From: a bacterium
GTDB lineage: Bacteria > Bacteroidota > Ignavibacteria > UBA10030
DNA: 47,102 bases
Direction of reading: 5' to 3'
NCBI GenBank assembly: GCA_043803945.1
Contig: JAZDJN010000004.1
Coordinates: forward strand, 1 to 47,102
A program made the position numbers and the translations under genes. Every line of letters begins with the position of its first letter. The first letter of the stretch is position 1. Shown one piece after another: positions 28,599 through 39,315 of this stretch. The notes under the pieces are model-generated. The model did not search any database. It was not told where the DNA came from and saw nothing but the letters and a program-made list of their open reading frames with translations.

Positions 28599-29507
28599 TC
28601 AATATCGCGTTGACAGGTAGGTTCTCAGCGCAACGTCCGGAATATCCTTAATTGCATCATCCCAGTGACCTCCGATGAATTTATCTTTCTCGTAAGCACT
28701 AAGCATTTTCTTCCACGCTTCGTGCAGATCCATACCTGAGAATTTTCTAAGGCCTGGACTATGGCTCAAGTATTTCTCATGTAGAATATTGATCTCATCA
28801 TTCTTCGAGTGAGTGAGGTGCACGATCCTGTAATCTTCAACTTTAATTTCTCCAAGCATCAGAGGTGTAGTTGTTTTCGCGAGCAATGTCATCCGCAATA
28901 ATTGATACAGATGATCGACCGAGAAATCGTATAAACCGATTCCTTTTTCATCGTCAAAATCGAATGGGAATGACTCTGAGTTGCGCATCCCGGTGAGTAC
29001 CTGAGAGTATCGTCTCAATCGTTCGATTCCTCGCAGACCGGAAAACCGTTCCATCGCGAGAGGCCTCGATTTCCCTTCAGTGAACTTCCATTCAACAAGC
29101 ATCTGTGTCACCTTCCCATCGATTACGGCAAGAATATATGCATCTACACTTGTTCTGTTAAGACCGCGTCCTCCACCAGTTTCATTGATAGGAGATTTCC
29201 TGGGTCCAATCCATTCGAAAATAACATAGCCGGTATCGCTGTAAATCTCTTCCCCCACATTCGCACCGGTTGGGAATAATAGAAGCTGTTGGATCTTCAA
29301 ACCAAATGAATTTAAATAGACTAACAAATCTTCCGGCTTCTGAGCCATCGCGCCTAAGACGTTCAGACACGATGCGGCACTGCTCAATGGGTTTTCACAT
29401 GCTTCGTTATGGATTTTGACTGAAGGATCAATGAGGCTGAACACTGCAGGGTAATAGATATTCTTCCCTCGGTAGTCATTTTGAAAATCGTAAGTGAGTC
29501 TGTCCAT
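28599..29507 (-). CDS. Putative PD-(D/E)XK restriction endonuclease (PGN_0703-like)
   Basis: NPLSSAASCLN, FEW, RTSVDA...LVEWKFTE, YQLLRM motifs. Confidence 0.7.
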   Translation of the reverse strand: MDRLTYDFQNDYRGKNIYYPAVFSLIDPSVKIHNEACENPLSSAASCLNVLGAMAQKPEDLLVYLNSFGLKIQQLLLFPTGANVGEEIYSDTGYVIFEWIGPRKSPINETGGGRGLNRTSVDAYILAVIDGKVTQMLVEWKFTEGKSRPLAMERFSGLRGIERLRRYSQVLTGMRNSESFPFDFDDEKGIGLYDFSVDHLYQLLRMTLLAKTTTPLMLGEIKVEDYRIVHLTHSKNDEINILHEKYLSHSPGLRKFSGMDLHEAWKKMLSAYEKDKFIGGHWDDAIKDIPDVALRTYLSTRY

Positions 29508-29521
29508 TTACTTCCCTGAGT

Positions 29522-32500
29522 TTATATCAATGTTAACTGATCCTTGTCCTTTACCTTTTTCGATGAATATTTTGCGGTCGGTTCTTTTACAATTCCAGTC
29601 TCTTGCTTCCCCTCCTCCAGCTCTTTCATAAACTGGTTATACCCCTCCTCACCCAATATCTGCCTCGCGTGATACTCACATTCCGCCCAGCTATCTTCTG
29701 GTGTACCTTGCATTTGCCAATCGTAGAACCGGGGACCGAGCGCTTTTTGTACATTTAGTGGTAACTGCCAGTCTTCTTTTAAAAACTCCTCTATACCAAC
29801 TTCTTTGAGTCTCTTAAATGCTTGCAATGCGAGTGTGGTGTGGCGGAGTTCTTTTGGGTTATTTTGATCGACACGCCAAAAACCCTTCAGTTCCGATTTA
29901 TCATCTCTGACAAGCCACTCTAAATCTTCTAATTGCAATCCATATATCTCTGCAACTAATGCATCTATTATTGATCTCTTTCTCAGTCTTTCACTATTAC
30001 TAATTGACCACTTTTTATATTGAATATTTTTCTTTCCATCGTCCAATTCGACCCAGAAGGGCGAATATATTTTATTTGCAAGGATGAGCGACGCTGACAA
30101 TTCACAAATATATTCCTGAATACTTGACTCCATCTTCGGTTTTGGAACCGGTAGTTCCTCGATTAGATATGAATTAACATTGTTTTGACTCATTCTCTTA
30201 CGGAGGATAAGATCAATCGGAAATGAATTAAGAATACCAGCAAGAATAAGATTCCGTTGTATCGATCCTTCAAATAATATTGCAAGCGAATTCCCACAGG
30301 GAAAATCTGGTATTATTGTCGCAATCAATGTTCGCTCATTTGTGGCGTTTTGTATTGCTCTAATTACTAATCGAGTATGCTGACCAAAATATTTATCCTT
30401 TCCACTTATATAAAACTGGGCTTCAATTGTCTTATTCTCCCAACCAATGTCGCGCCACTTGGCGCGGTTTCCAGCACCACTTATATAACCGGCTGCACTA
30501 AAATCAAACTGCCAGATCATTACTCCTTGATATAATGGCAGCATTACATCACCGTCCGGACCGATCAATCTTCCATAAAAATCCTGTTTGTAGCCTTTTT
30601 CCAATAATTTCAATCGACTATAGAAATATTTTGAATCGCTGGTCATATGGAACTCGGTAGCATACTCTAAGCCCCAACCATCAGGACTTTTATCTCCGAG
30701 TAAAACAGAGTTGCTATAAATCTTTTCTATGATTTCAGCATCGCGACGATGTGTAATTTCGAGAAGAGACAAATTAAATGGACTAAGCTTTTTGATCGAT
30801 TCTATCGAATAATCAAGCACTCCCTCAGCAGTCTCCCAATCCTGCACATTATGCCTCATGAATGCTGTTTTAATAGTTGTTGTCTCGGATCCCTTTATGA
30901 TGATCATTGGATTGAATTTATACGACCTGTGGATGTCAAATATTGCTTCTTTATTCTCGAAGGAATAGAGCCACTCCCATTTAGATTGATCAATGAATAG
31001 TGACCGCAAGTGTTTCGAGCCTTTATCGCTATATACACCGGAAGGGACTATAATGCCGATGTGACCTCTGTCTTTCGATAACGTGTATGATTCTTCCAAA
31101 AACAACTTATAGAGATTCAGGTCTGCACTACCTTGGTATCGAAAGGGATGTGTTGGTGCAGCAAAGCCTATATGCGCTTTCCTCTTCAATCTCCAAATAG
31201 AATGCAATCCAATATTCTCTTTTCCTCGTGCAAGGATGATTTCATTATCTTCGTACTCACTCGGATCACCAAATGGTGCAAACGCGTTTTTGACGAAGTT
31301 ACTCAACCACTTAAATCTTGAATAATATATAAGCCAATCGTATTCCAACAATGTGTTAGCAGAAAAGAAACGTTTCTGTTGCGCTAACGCTTCTTGTTTA
31401 CCATAGCTTCGATACATCGGATCAATCCGCGAAAAGAACTCTTTTGAATTTGGTTTACTAATCTCCCAGGGCGGATTACCGAGCATAGCATCAAAGCCGT
31501 TACGGCCTATATTGAAGACATCGGGGAACTCAAGTTCCCAGTGGAAGAAACGCTGCTGCTGTGCTATCCGTCGAGAGATAGAAAGCGTCGATTCAGAAGG
31601 TGTATAGAAAACTCGGGGAGTCGGTGCATCATCAAGTTTATCCGCAGGCCAGAACCAGAGAGAACACCATAAATCCATGGCATCTTTAAGCCGTAAATAA
31701 TGCGGATTGCGCACAATTTGTTCTGTATAGATTTTCTCTTTCTGTTCTAATCCAAGGAAAGTTGCGGCTTGATCGTGAAGAGAATTGAACGCTTCCAACA
31801 ATTCCTTATGAATACCACGCGGTTCTATCTTTTCTCCCATGAAAGAGAATTGTTCCTGGCCGGAACGAGACCGAATGACGCTTACCATTTCCGATTTAAT
31901 CTGATTTTGGAACTTCTCCTTGATCGCCTTTGTCCATGCACCTTCTTTAAAATGCACACTCGTTGGATGTGACTTATCTCCACCTTCCCGTAGCCACGCA
32001 GCGAGGGGATATTCCTGAAATGTATCGAGCCATGTACCTACTAAACTGTTGCCAGTTTTTATTTTGTGGTCAATAAATTCGAATGGCAGATCTTTATCCA
32101 TCGTCTCAATCCAGAGGCTTAATCGGGCAAGCTCTATTGCCATAGGGTTGAGGTCAACACCATAAATACAATGCTCGACCACCGAGCGACGTAACCTTGC
32201 TTTGACCTTTTCTTCAAAAGCATCCTCTTCCGGTGAACATGGAATCATAAAGTCGGCTGTTGGCGAATCGACTTTCAAACCAAGAGGAAGTGTTTTGCGT
32301 TTATAGTCATTTGGGTCTGTAAGGGCAGCATGATATGCAAGAGATTGATACAAGCCCTCTGTGAGATAATGCGTTGCCGCAACAAGGAATGATGCTGAAC
32401 CACATGATGAATCACAAACCTTAAGCGAGAGAATAACTTCAGGCAGTTTTGGAATCTTATTGCCTTGTTCGTCAGTTTCATAAACGAGGGGCTCTAATGT

Positions 32501-34357
32501 CCTTTGAACAGTTGGCACGGCTAATTGTGGCCGTGTATAGAATGTCCCTGTGCCTTTCCGTGTTCCTCCCCAGAGGCTAAGATAGTACTCACCTGGAATA
32601 TAGACTCGCTTTACAAGCGATCGCGCTTTTTGACGCAGTTTATTCTGAAAATCATATTGATCGATTTGACGCTTTGGTCTTTTTATCCATCCGATCGCCA
32701 CAACAGCGCGCTCCGCCCATTTCTGTGCGCGAATCAGCTCATCGCTAGTCTCTATTGTTACTGATTGAATCTCTTCTTCCGGCTCAACTTCATCTTCTGA
32801 TACATCATCTCCAAGTTCAGGCTGGTCAGAATCAACAGTGTCAACCTGTTCAATTTCCTCATCTTCTGACTTATCTTTTTCTTTTAGTTTCTCAAACAGC
32901 TCCTTTACCTGCGCGTCTGTAAGCGTCTCAAGAACAGAGAGTGGAAGAATCGGCTCCATGCCAGCATTGATAAGCACCATTGTTTCGGAAGCTGAACGTA
33001 GTCCATAGTCCAAAATTCCTTCATAGATCATTCCAATGTATTCGGTGCGCAATTCACCGAAGTTCACAGGTCCACGGACAAATGTCGATGAACGGCCTTT
33101 CTTTATCTTGAGTTTGCCATATTTTAATTTCTCGAGGATAGCAAGCAGTGTGCCGTTTCTAACTTCAAGCCGGATATCTTCATAGAGTGCAAGCGCACGT
33201 TCAATCGGTTCATGGCTATCAACCCGTCCCGGTGCAAACAGCTCTCCCCCATAACGAGGAATCTGAATATCTTGATGTGGAGAACCGAAATATATTAACC
33301 TGAAAAGCCCAAGGAGTCGTAACCATTCGCTTGTCGTATCATCAAGAAATGATGAAGATTCCGACGAACGAGCCCGACGAAGATTTTCGAATAGTCCTTC
33401 AATTCCGTAATGAGCATTGTAGCGTTCGTGACTGCGAGGAAGTAAATCACGCGCCTCGGCGAACAGTACAACAACCATTCGCATGATGATACGAACAGAT
33501 GCTTGGAAGATAGCAGCAAGTACGACTTCTTCACTTATCACCGAGCCATCGGGGGATTTCCGAATCGGATCGATGAAGGAGGGATCTTTTTCTCTAGTCT
33601 TGTTAAACTCATCAACGAGCAGTTCGATTGCTTGACGAATTTGCTCACCTAAAACAGAAGAGAGTTCTCCTTGTCTTGAACGTGAGCTTTCAATTGCATG
33701 CAGCAGCGGAATTTCGTGATCATCTCTCGCATCAATTCCTGAGGGGCCAAGAAGTGTGAAGAGTCCATAGAGTTGAGGAATGAATTCCCCTTTCTCAAAC
33801 CAATTCGCTACATCCCATTCAACCCAACTTTCATGATCTAGACCCGCATAACACAGACGTAGCTGCACACCGTTAGTGAATATTCCGAGCTTGATCGAAC
33901 GCGCCCGCAAGTATTGGAGCATTCTACCATAGTTCTTGCGGCTTCTACCAATACCCAACCGCGGTGCACCATCGACAAAGACCGCAAAGAGGGGAGTCGG
34001 GCTATTCTTCTCTTTGAAATACAAGCGGTGAGGCCGTATCTTCTCCCGTAGAATAGTCGTCGCTGTAAACTCGTCTGGTATTTGCGATCCCTTTAGCCAC
34101 TTACCGCTGCTCAAATCAAGAAAATGCTCGAACACATATTCGATCCACTCATGCGTGGGCTTAAGTTGAGACTCACTTCGTTCTTCGCCGTCCCACCAGG
34201 AAGCAAACTTGGCGAATCGTTCACGGAGAAGACGCACTTTCCATTCCGATGGTTGGACAAACCCCATCGGGAAGACTTCTTCAAGCAACACTGGCGCAAT
34301 CAGCATTCCGCCGTGCCGGAGATCGAGCCACCAGGAATGACTATTTTCGTTTGGCAT
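29522..34357 (-). CDS. Large N6-adenine DNA methyltransferase (Eco57I/DrmMI-like)
   Basis: 1611 aa; GTFYT, motif I CDSSCGSASFL, IYGVDLNPMA, FHWELEFPDVF, motif IV GNPPW, DLNLYKLFLE, then TRD region. Confidence 0.92.
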   Translation of the reverse strand: MPNENSHSWWLDLRHGGMLIAPVLLEEVFPMGFVQPSEWKVRLLRERFAKFASWWDGEERSESQLKPTHEWIEYVFEHFLDLSSGKWLKGSQIPDEFTATTILREKIRPHRLYFKEKNSPTPLFAVFVDGAPRLGIGRSRKNYGRMLQYLRARSIKLGIFTNGVQLRLCYAGLDHESWVEWDVANWFEKGEFIPQLYGLFTLLGPSGIDARDDHEIPLLHAIESSRSRQGELSSVLGEQIRQAIELLVDEFNKTREKDPSFIDPIRKSPDGSVISEEVVLAAIFQASVRIIMRMVVVLFAEARDLLPRSHERYNAHYGIEGLFENLRRARSSESSSFLDDTTSEWLRLLGLFRLIYFGSPHQDIQIPRYGGELFAPGRVDSHEPIERALALYEDIRLEVRNGTLLAILEKLKYGKLKIKKGRSSTFVRGPVNFGELRTEYIGMIYEGILDYGLRSASETMVLINAGMEPILPLSVLETLTDAQVKELFEKLKEKDKSEDEEIEQVDTVDSDQPELGDDVSEDEVEPEEEIQSVTIETSDELIRAQKWAERAVVAIGWIKRPKRQIDQYDFQNKLRQKARSLVKRVYIPGEYYLSLWGGTRKGTGTFYTRPQLAVPTVQRTLEPLVYETDEQGNKIPKLPEVILSLKVCDSSCGSASFLVAATHYLTEGLYQSLAYHAALTDPNDYKRKTLPLGLKVDSPTADFMIPCSPEEDAFEEKVKARLRRSVVEHCIYGVDLNPMAIELARLSLWIETMDKDLPFEFIDHKIKTGNSLVGTWLDTFQEYPLAAWLREGGDKSHPTSVHFKEGAWTKAIKEKFQNQIKSEMVSVIRSRSGQEQFSFMGEKIEPRGIHKELLEAFNSLHDQAATFLGLEQKEKIYTEQIVRNPHYLRLKDAMDLWCSLWFWPADKLDDAPTPRVFYTPSESTLSISRRIAQQQRFFHWELEFPDVFNIGRNGFDAMLGNPPWEISKPNSKEFFSRIDPMYRSYGKQEALAQQKRFFSANTLLEYDWLIYYSRFKWLSNFVKNAFAPFGDPSEYEDNEIILARGKENIGLHSIWRLKRKAHIGFAAPTHPFRYQGSADLNLYKLFLEESYTLSKDRGHIGIIVPSGVYSDKGSKHLRSLFIDQSKWEWLYSFENKEAIFDIHRSYKFNPMIIIKGSETTTIKTAFMRHNVQDWETAEGVLDYSIESIKKLSPFNLSLLEITHRRDAEIIEKIYSNSVLLGDKSPDGWGLEYATEFHMTSDSKYFYSRLKLLEKGYKQDFYGRLIGPDGDVMLPLYQGVMIWQFDFSAAGYISGAGNRAKWRDIGWENKTIEAQFYISGKDKYFGQHTRLVIRAIQNATNERTLIATIIPDFPCGNSLAILFEGSIQRNLILAGILNSFPIDLILRKRMSQNNVNSYLIEELPVPKPKMESSIQEYICELSASLILANKIYSPFWVELDDGKKNIQYKKWSISNSERLRKRSIIDALVAEIYGLQLEDLEWLVRDDKSELKGFWRVDQNNPKELRHTTLALQAFKRLKEVGIEEFLKEDWQLPLNVQKALGPRFYDWQMQGTPEDSWAECEYHARQILGEEGYNQFMKELEEGKQETGIVKEPTAKYSSKKVKDKDQLTLI

Positions 34358-34363
34358 ACGATG

Positions 34364-37300
34364 TTATTTCTTGAGCAGATTCTTGTTCAATAGCACTTCT
34401 ACGCCTAGCGGCTGCACATCCAAATATCCGATCGCAAAACGCTTCGGTATTACGACGTTGAGTGTCCTCTCCATCTCCTGATTCAATACCGATTGAAGAT
34501 ATTCAACCTTGGTGCCTATCAAGCTCTCAAGATTTGCTTCAATCTCACGAATTCGTTCAGCCCGTTCTCGCTCTGTGTATGCAAAAAGCGTTGCTTGCTG
34601 CAACTCCATACGTTCTTTAATCAACTGATTTCGATGTTTCAATACATAGTCGGCTTCGGTTCTATGCTTTAGTTCTTCCAGGCGCTGTTGATACGATTTC
34701 CTAATCCTTGTTTCTTCAGATTTCCGAAGCCTCCCAAGCTGAGATTCGAGTTCCTTTTGAATACTCTTACGCTGTCCGGTCATCTCGGCAGTAAAGTGTT
34801 CCGTTATCAATGTCCATTGCTTCTTGATTCGGGGCAGCCACTCCTGCAGGGCATTTGCTTCCAATGGTAGCATCGTTGCATTTTCAACTCTAGCCCAAAT
34901 TTCAGGTAAAACCGGGGTCAGCTTGTTTCCTTCTACAAGCACCGGAAACGCGACAACTTGTTGATGGACTGATTCCCTCAATTGATTGTAACATTCCACC
35001 AAAGTGAAAAGAACTGCAATCTCATGAAGACCTGAGGGCAAGTCAGTTGCGCCAAGAGAAATGCGGTTAACCACAGTGCGTCCAGCATCCTTTTGCGACA
35101 TTTCCCAAAGAGACTTTTTGAAGAGGTTGAGCGCTTTTCGCATCAGCGGATGACCGATCCGGATAAGTCTCGTGTCCGGTTTCACAACGTATTGTAGGCG
35201 ATCACCTTCCAGTCGCCGAAAATAGTCCGGATTGAAAACCAGCCGAGGCAACGATCCGACCAACCGTCATGTCTTTATTTCTAATGTGTTTTCTATCGTC
35301 GAGCGCCAACGGGCTGGCTGACGTCGTATCTCGTACACCCCCTCCTCAAGCGCATGCGGCGCCAGCTCGCCCCCTTCCACAGCGAATGCTTGTCGAAGGA
35401 GACTCGCCACCGATTCCGGTCGAAGGTCGAGCTCGATTTCTGAAGACCGGAGCAACTGCAGCGCAATCTCGTATTGATCCTTTCCTCCCTTGTCTGGAGT
35501 GAGCATCAACCCCTTCTCGTGTGTGGCTGATGAGAGCCCCTCCAGTGATTGTTGCGCTTCCTCGCGTTCCTCTTTCCCTCCCAAAAAATAGCGCGTGATG
35601 TTTCTATCTAGTAGTTCACTCACCTTACCAAGGTCTTCGCGGATCTGCTCAACCTTCATCACAACTCGCTCCAGGAACTTGAAATCTTCCTCGTCATCGG
35701 TAACGTAGTGAAACACCATCACATCTCTGGACTGTCCAAAACGATCGACGCGTCCATTTCTCTGTTCGAGTCGCATCGGATTCCAAGGAATCTCATAATG
35801 TATTACAAAGCGACAATTGTTTTGCAGGTTGATACCTTCTGAGGCGACGTCAGTAACCAGCAAAATTCGCAGAGGACTTGCGCCGTCATTGAAATGAGCC
35901 TTTACTTGCTCGCGCTCAAACTCCTTCGATCCGCCGACCAGTGTCTGGAGGACCGGCGCTTTGTATCCAATGGCTTCAAACCGCTTTACCAAATAGTCCA
36001 ATGTGTGTTTGTACTCTGTAAATATGATTACTCTCTCGTCATCACATAGCTTCTTACCGTCTTGGAGCCTCGTCTTTATCCATGCGACTATACTCTCCCA
36101 CTTTGAATCGGCTAAGGTTGAAAGCCCTTGTGCCGTAAGTTCATTCCCAACTTCTTCCTTGCCCCATCCAAGTGTTTCTAATATTCGGTTAATCTGCTCA
36201 ATCTCACTTGTTAGCTTTCCAGCGTGCCGAGAAAACCATGTGCCAATCTTCTTAGCCGCCTCTTCCTCGCGCAGATCACGCTCTGAATCATCCGTAACCT
36301 CTGACTCAGCTCTCTTAATGGCATAGTCGACCTCTTTCTGCTCGATTTCGATTTCTTCCATGCCAGCAAAATGATTCCACCACGTCATCGCAAAAGCATA
36401 GTGGCTTGAAAGCAGACGTTTCGTCAAGAGAGTGATTAGGAACTCTATAATGAACCTTTTTGAACCTGACTCAGCTTCAGCTATCTGCCTTGCCTTTTCT
36501 CGGTATTTCCTCAAGGCGTCAAAGAGACTCTTCTCATTGGTCAGTAGTTTTTGCTTCTCATTGATTCGATGGATCGAACGTTTACTAAACCGCTGGATTC
36601 CGCCTTCAACTTGAAACTCCGATTTCAAACGACGAACAGAATATTGCTCAATGAATTGAAAGTCTGACTTATCTAACTCAGTCTTTTGTTCAAACACGAG
36701 AGGATTCAATGTTTCAAGCAGCCCCGTGAGAGACTCTGTATAGCCATTATGAGGAGTGGCTGTCAGGAACAATCTGTGCTCGAAATGAGGGATGATCTGC
36801 CGGATCATTTTCAACCGCTCGGTATCTTCACCAAAGTGTTTCGGAGCGATATTGTGGGCTTCGTCAATGATCAACATCTCCCACGGTGAAAGAGCAGAAG
36901 AAGATTGAACGAATAACCGTGATGCACTCTCGAAAGATTCGAGAACGTCTCGCTGACGCAAGTAATCGATTGAAGTAATGACCCGGGGGTAGAACGACCA
37001 TGGATTGCTATCGACTCCATACTCCTTCTGCAAGTCTTGAGTTGAATCTCTGTTTACGATCGTGAATTGCAGTGAGAACTTCTCCGACATCTCATCTCGC
37101 CACTGTACCTGCAGAGGTGCAGGACACACAATCAAAATCCGGCGTAGTTTGCCACGAGCCACAAGTTCGTTGAGTATGAGGCCCGCCTCAATTGTCTTTC
37201 CAAGCCCCACATCATCCGCAAGTAGTAGAGTAATCCGCGGCATTGAGAGTGCCTTCAAGACCGGATAGAGCTGATAGTCCTCGACCTGAATTGCACTCAA

Positions 37301-37666
37301 CCACGGAGATACAATTTTTTGTGACTTGGTATCGGCAGATAGGTGCTCAATTCGGTTAACTGCGCTCCAACGATAGGAATTTACAAATGCTCGAAATGCT
37401 TCTGGCTGGTCTACAGTACTAATGGCAAGCAGATCGGGGATTTTCGCACTAGAGAGCAACTCAGCACGCACTTCTCGCTCCCATATGACAAAATCTTCAG
37501 AAGGCTGGGAATAGCCATCGATGTATTCCACCAAAACTCCATGCACAACCTCTTGATCAACCGTTCGCGCTACGGAAACATCGCGAACAATTGCAGGGCG
37601 GTTTCGGACAATGGCGGTTTGACCAACTTTTGGGATAATAGAAGATTGGGATTGTATGTTCACCAT
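34364..37666 (-). pseudogene. DrmD-like SNF2 helicase interrupted by one in-frame TGA at 35267-35269 (1100 codons if read through)
   Basis: EDYQLYP...LLADDVGLGKTIEAG, DEAH, LTATPHNG, SEGINLQ, WNPMRLEQRNGRVDRFGQ; the 799-aa and 299-aa ORFs are in the same frame (...ACA TGA CGG TTG...). The helicase core in the first ORF is complete. Confidence 0.8.
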
Positions 37667-37678
37667 ATTGATTTCAAT

Positions 37679-37721
37679 AAAAAACCCGTTTGACGTATGC
37701 TGTCCTCACGCCCCACGGGTT
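37679..37721 (-). terminator. Terminator-like hairpin in the leader of the defence operon
   Basis: Minus strand AACCCGT...ACGGGTT followed by a T run, ending ~12 nt before the SNF2 ATG. Confidence 0.45.
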
Positions 37722-37766
37722 CAATTATTGCCGGTTTCACTCTCCTCTGTTCAGCAATTCATTGGA

Positions 37767-37795
37767 AATGTATGCTAATGTGAGAGTAAAATCAA
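37767..37795 (-). promoter_or_regulatory. Candidate sigma70 promoter of the defence operon
   Basis: TTGATT - 17 nt - TACATT on the minus strand. Confidence 0.45.
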
Positions 37796-38005
37796 TCTTA
37801 TTCGAGTATTCGCAAGTGTTAATTGATTAGGATTCAATTACTTAACCCTCCTACACTTTTTTCAGTCTTCGTGACTCTTGATGGCACTTACACCGCTTCC
37901 AATTATTTTCCGTCTATCATCTCACGTCTCCCTAATACACTTGTGCCTGTTCGTTCATAGGTAGCTTCGTCCTATTATGAATAAACAGGTACTTACATCT
38001 ACCAC

Positions 38006-38341
38006 TCAAACAGCCGCACTCCGAATCCCGGCTTTCATTATCTTCTTTGATAACGACTTGCGGCCAGCCTCACGCACACCCTCCTTCACTTTGGCATTCG
38101 ATCTCCACGACCTTACCTTCTTTGTTTCCTCTGAATGAAGGGCTTCATCAGGAGAGCCACCAGCCAACCACTTGTCTAACGCTGACTTTGAGAAAAAGAA
38201 TATCCCTCCTATCTTTCTGTGCGGAACTGAGTACTTTTTCTGATACATCCACGCTGAACTCATCCCCAAATAATCTGCCGCTTGTTTTAACGTCATTAAA
38301 TCTGGATTCCTGACGTTTGACTTCTCCTGATCGCTAATCAT
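38006..38341 (-). CDS. Excisionase-like helix-turn-helix (HTH_17) protein
   Basis: LMTLKQAADYLGMSSAWMY...VPHRKIGG...FSKSALDKWL. Confidence 0.85.
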   Translation of the reverse strand: MISDQEKSNVRNPDLMTLKQAADYLGMSSAWMYQKKYSVPHRKIGGIFFFSKSALDKWLAGGSPDEALHSEETKKVRSWRSNAKVKEGVREAGRKSLSKKIMKAGIRSAAV

Positions 38342-38392
38342 TGAACTGTACTCCGATATGTTTAGTTTATTGAACGGTTAATACAAAAAAAA

Positions 38393-39304
38393 CTACTTTG
38401 TTAACTCCGTGTGCTTCGAGCCTTTTTGTCTAAACTTCGAATCCAGTATCCCTTTCCGGACTTCTTCATTCCGCTCTGTGCAGAAATCGAAAAACTCACA
38501 CATACCGCACGTCATCATCGCCGGACTCTTGAATATAGATTGCCCTGATAACATTTCACCGATAATCCCACGTAACAAATTCTGATGAACTGCAATCTCG
38601 CCCTGTGTTCGATCGACAATAATCCTTTGAAGATAGTGTTCGGGCCTCGATCGATAATCTTCCACAAGTCGAATGCAATACTCGTCTACAGTTTCTTTCT
38701 TCGTCTGCTTTATGGTAGGCTTCTTTAAAATGTTTCGAATGCCACCCTCAAACACCTTCTTATAGCGCAATTGTGCTATCATGCAGTAATGAGTTGTCTG
38801 TTCGTCGATAAACAACAAACGGCGGTCCGCATCTGAGAACGAACTCGCCGTTTTATGTTCCATCGTCCAATACTTATCACCAAGGAGAACGATCGCATCA
38901 ACTTTAGCCCTGAGTAGGTAACCCTCAAACTCCACACTGATTTCTTGTTCCGTTACTATCCCTTCAAATTTCTCGTTGACGAAATAGTGATCGTGATACG
39001 CCGTGAGCATACCCTTGATTGTAGCCAATTCAATCTTCGCCTCATCCTCACTCTCGAATTGATTTGGCTCCTTCTTCAAGGTGTCCGACCATTCATCCAC
39101 ACGACCCATCAATGTCTTGAAATCGATAGTCTTCCCAACTTCGTGATACATCATGTCGATGAACATGTGGACTGCATTCCCCAGCCTAAAAAAGCTCTTA
39201 GGCTCTCGAGACGTCAATCTCTCTACATACGATAGGTGATGTTTGAATCGACATTGCTTCCAAGATTTTATCTCAGAATAAGTTAGTTCCGGAACCTGTC
39301 CCAT
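38393..39304 (-). CDS. PD-(D/E)XK exonuclease, Cas4/RecB-like, with four-Cys Fe-S signature
   Basis: TYSEIKSWKQC, GNAVH, EQE...AKVDAI...MEHKT, QTTHY, C-terminal CGMCEFFDFC. Confidence 0.85.
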   Translation of the reverse strand: MGQVPELTYSEIKSWKQCRFKHHLSYVERLTSREPKSFFRLGNAVHMFIDMMYHEVGKTIDFKTLMGRVDEWSDTLKKEPNQFESEDEAKIELATIKGMLTAYHDHYFVNEKFEGIVTEQEISVEFEGYLLRAKVDAIVLLGDKYWTMEHKTASSFSDADRRLLFIDEQTTHYCMIAQLRYKKVFEGGIRNILKKPTIKQTKKETVDEYCIRLVEDYRSRPEHYLQRIIVDRTQGEIAVHQNLLRGIIGEMLSGQSIFKSPAMMTCGMCEFFDFCTERNEEVRKGILDSKFRQKGSKHTELTK

Positions 39305-39315
39305 ACAGTTGCTCC

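Noticed and set aside
23147-37666. Calling the operon canonical DISARM, BREX or type I/III R-M
   Set aside because: No separate DrmA/DrmB/DrmC, no PglZ/BrxC, no HsdS/HsdR or Res subunit recognised.
291-37693. Many short ORFs antisense to or nested in long genes
   Set aside because: Shadow frames of well-supported genes with no independent motifs.
38393-39304. Cas4-like gene as evidence of a CRISPR-Cas locus
   Set aside because: No cas1/cas2 or array nearby; the context is phage-like.
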